In this document: piece by piece, positions 62,101 through 64,000 of the stretch
Layout: each line of letters starts with the position of its first letter
Position numbering within the stretch: position 1 is the first letter of the stretch
Source: Vicugna vicugna
Lineage: Eukaryota
DNA length: 64,000 bases
Reading direction: 5' to 3'
Assembly (NCBI GenBank): GCA_013265495.1
Contig: MU058213.1
Span: forward strand, 3,906,001 to 3,970,000
Notes under the pieces: model-generated
The model's input: only the letters and a program-made list of their open reading frames with translations
Told to the model about the DNA's origin: nothing
The model's database searches: none
Translations under genes and position numbers: made by a program

Positions 62101-63487
62101 AAAGTATTTCAGAAGCACAGCATTAACGAGAAAAGATTCCTCAGTAGCAAAGCCAGCTCAGTGGAGATCCTCAGTACATCGTTAATCCAACTGCCTTGCA
62201 GTAACAGAGACTCAGCATGATGTTAGCAACCAGAAAGCGACATCAACATGAAAACACTGGATGTAACGGATGCTGCGTTGTGTTGCTCGGATCTGTCTTC
62301 CTGTCTGAGGACTTCTTTGCGGTCACATGCTGGGAGTGCTGTCACTAGACAACCCTCAGCTGTCAGTCCTCTCCAGAAATTTCCCTCTGTCCCCTGGGAT
62401 CAGCTTGCATCCAGTATCTGGCTGACGTGGGAGCACAAGAGCCTAGCCTCCTCACTGCAAGGGGAGTCGGCCCTAAAGGGCCACCCCAGCTCTTGCGAAG
62501 AGCTCCCAGGGGCTGAGCTGAGACCTTGGCGGAGACCACCCTGAGCTCAGCTCTTCCTTCTGCCCAGTCCTGCTCCTTCTTGTCGGCTAACAATGATCCA
62601 AGAGCACTCCCTGCTCACCTCTGCGTGCTCACTTCTGTCTCTGAGTCTGCTTCTCAGGAGAACCCAAATTTGAATAATAGGGAAATTAAGTTCTTTGTTT
62701 CTAACATGTTATTAAAATATAAGTGTTACCTTATAACAAGGAAATATGTTTTTAACTAGCATTTAATAGGACTATAACATATTGTTCAGGCGTTACTAAA
62801 TCATTATTTTCCTCAGGGTACAGGTAGGGCTGGTTGATTTACTGTGATAGAAAGCCAAGCAAGAGGGAGAAGAGCGTTGGAGGCAGACTACCAAGCTGTG
62901 AAGGCCCCTACTCGGGAAATTATACTGGGGGCTGGGAAATAGAAAGGAAGTACACAGGGGGGCGGTATTAGGAGGGTGCTAGTCCTACTGGAATCCACAC
63001 AGAAAGACCTCCAGCCACCCAGCTTTCTATAGGCCTGATGCCTTCCCTCCAAGGATGCTGTCAAAGGCACTGAGGCATGGTGAAGGAATTTAGTGTGACA
63101 GTCATCTGCCTCCCCTCTGTTCTTAGTCCCTTCTGCTCTTGGCCTGATCTCTCAGAAAATCTTTCTTCCCTAAGTTTTTTTTATTAGCCGATAGACACAT
63201 GGTGAAGGCATTTGGATTATAGTAGAGAATTTAAGACAAGGTGAAAACCTTCTACCCCAGAGGCATAGATCTCAGTTGCCAATGGAAGAGTTTCAGACAC
63301 CAGGACTAGAGGAAGAGAGGAAGCAGGCAGCCCACCCAGAGGCTAAGTCAGATACTCTCCAAAAACACCTTTGACAGAGTCTTTAATTAACCATGCCTTG
63401 TGCTGAGATTATTCATCTACTTCACAGGGACACATTGGCGGTACAGTCTGCTTCACCATCAGTTTAAATTTTGGCTCTGGATTTAAC

Positions 63488-64000
63488 AATTCATTCAATA
63501 GATAATGGTTGAGAGCCTACCAGGTGCCAGAGTTCCAGCAGTAAACAAAACAGACTTCCATTGTGGGGGAAGCGGACAGAAATAAACCAATACTATAATT
63601 TCAGATAACAATAAGAGCTAAGAAGAGAATAAAGCAAGGTTAACATAAAGGACCGCTGAGGGAGGGGTGGTGACCTCTTTAGCTGTGAGGGGCTAGGCCA
63701 GCGGAGATTTCTCTGAAGAGGTAGCCTGTGAGCAGAGATCTGAATGGTAAGCATCAAACCATGCAAAGATTTAGGCCAAGAGCATCCAAGGCAAAGGCTA
63801 TATTCCACAAACGGGGGTATAGCAGGAACAGAGTAAATGAAGGGGAGAGTGGGGGGGGCTTGGAGAGTAGGAAGGGCTGGATCAAGAAGAGGCTTGAAGG
63901 CCAGACTAAAAAGAGTTTGGATTTTGCTCTAAAGGTAGTAGGAAGCCACTGGACAGATTTTTAAAGAAGAAGAAATAAGGACATGATGTAATTTTTTGAA
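63488..64000 (-). mobile_element. L2 LINE 3' end
   Basis: attcattcaa...gagcctaccaggtgccag ... ggattttgctctaaag...ggaagccactgga. Confidence 0.7.

Noticed and set aside
61440..62760. GC-richer unique region with several 65-105 aa ORFs
   Set aside because: No recognisable protein, consistent exon structure, or polyA/TSD pair for a processed pseudogene. A lncRNA exon cannot be excluded from sequence alone.

Overview
Mammalian genomic DNA, most likely camelid (alpaca/camel), inferred from three copies of a short tRNA-derived SINE resembling Vic-1. The only protein-coding gene I can support is MNS1 (meiosis-specific nuclear structural 1) on the minus strand. It has a CpG-island promoter at about 39.4-39.9 kb and seven coding exons (39385-39387, 38205-38426, 28217-28344, 8209-8311, 5555-5784, 4779-4995, 4572-4679). 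All junctions are GT-AG and the exons splice in frame to 337 codons; the remaining 3' exons lie left of the window. Most of the rest is transposon-derived: two young L1s with target-site duplications (TSDs) in intron 3, old L1M fragments, MaLR/ERVL LTRs, Tigger MITEs, MIR, L2 and SINEs. The most interesting observations are: (1) a 409-bp solo LTR with betaretrovirus-like short-R architecture inserted into the young full-length L1; (2) a 165-nt adenosine-free polypyrimidine tract before MNS1 exon 2 that implies a distant branch point; (3) a ~1.25-kb near-identical tandem duplication in intron 2; (4) RFX/E2F/MYB/NF-Y-type motifs in the promoter. I found no convincing evidence of a wholly new biological system. 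Repeat subfamily names are from recognition and were not checked against a database.
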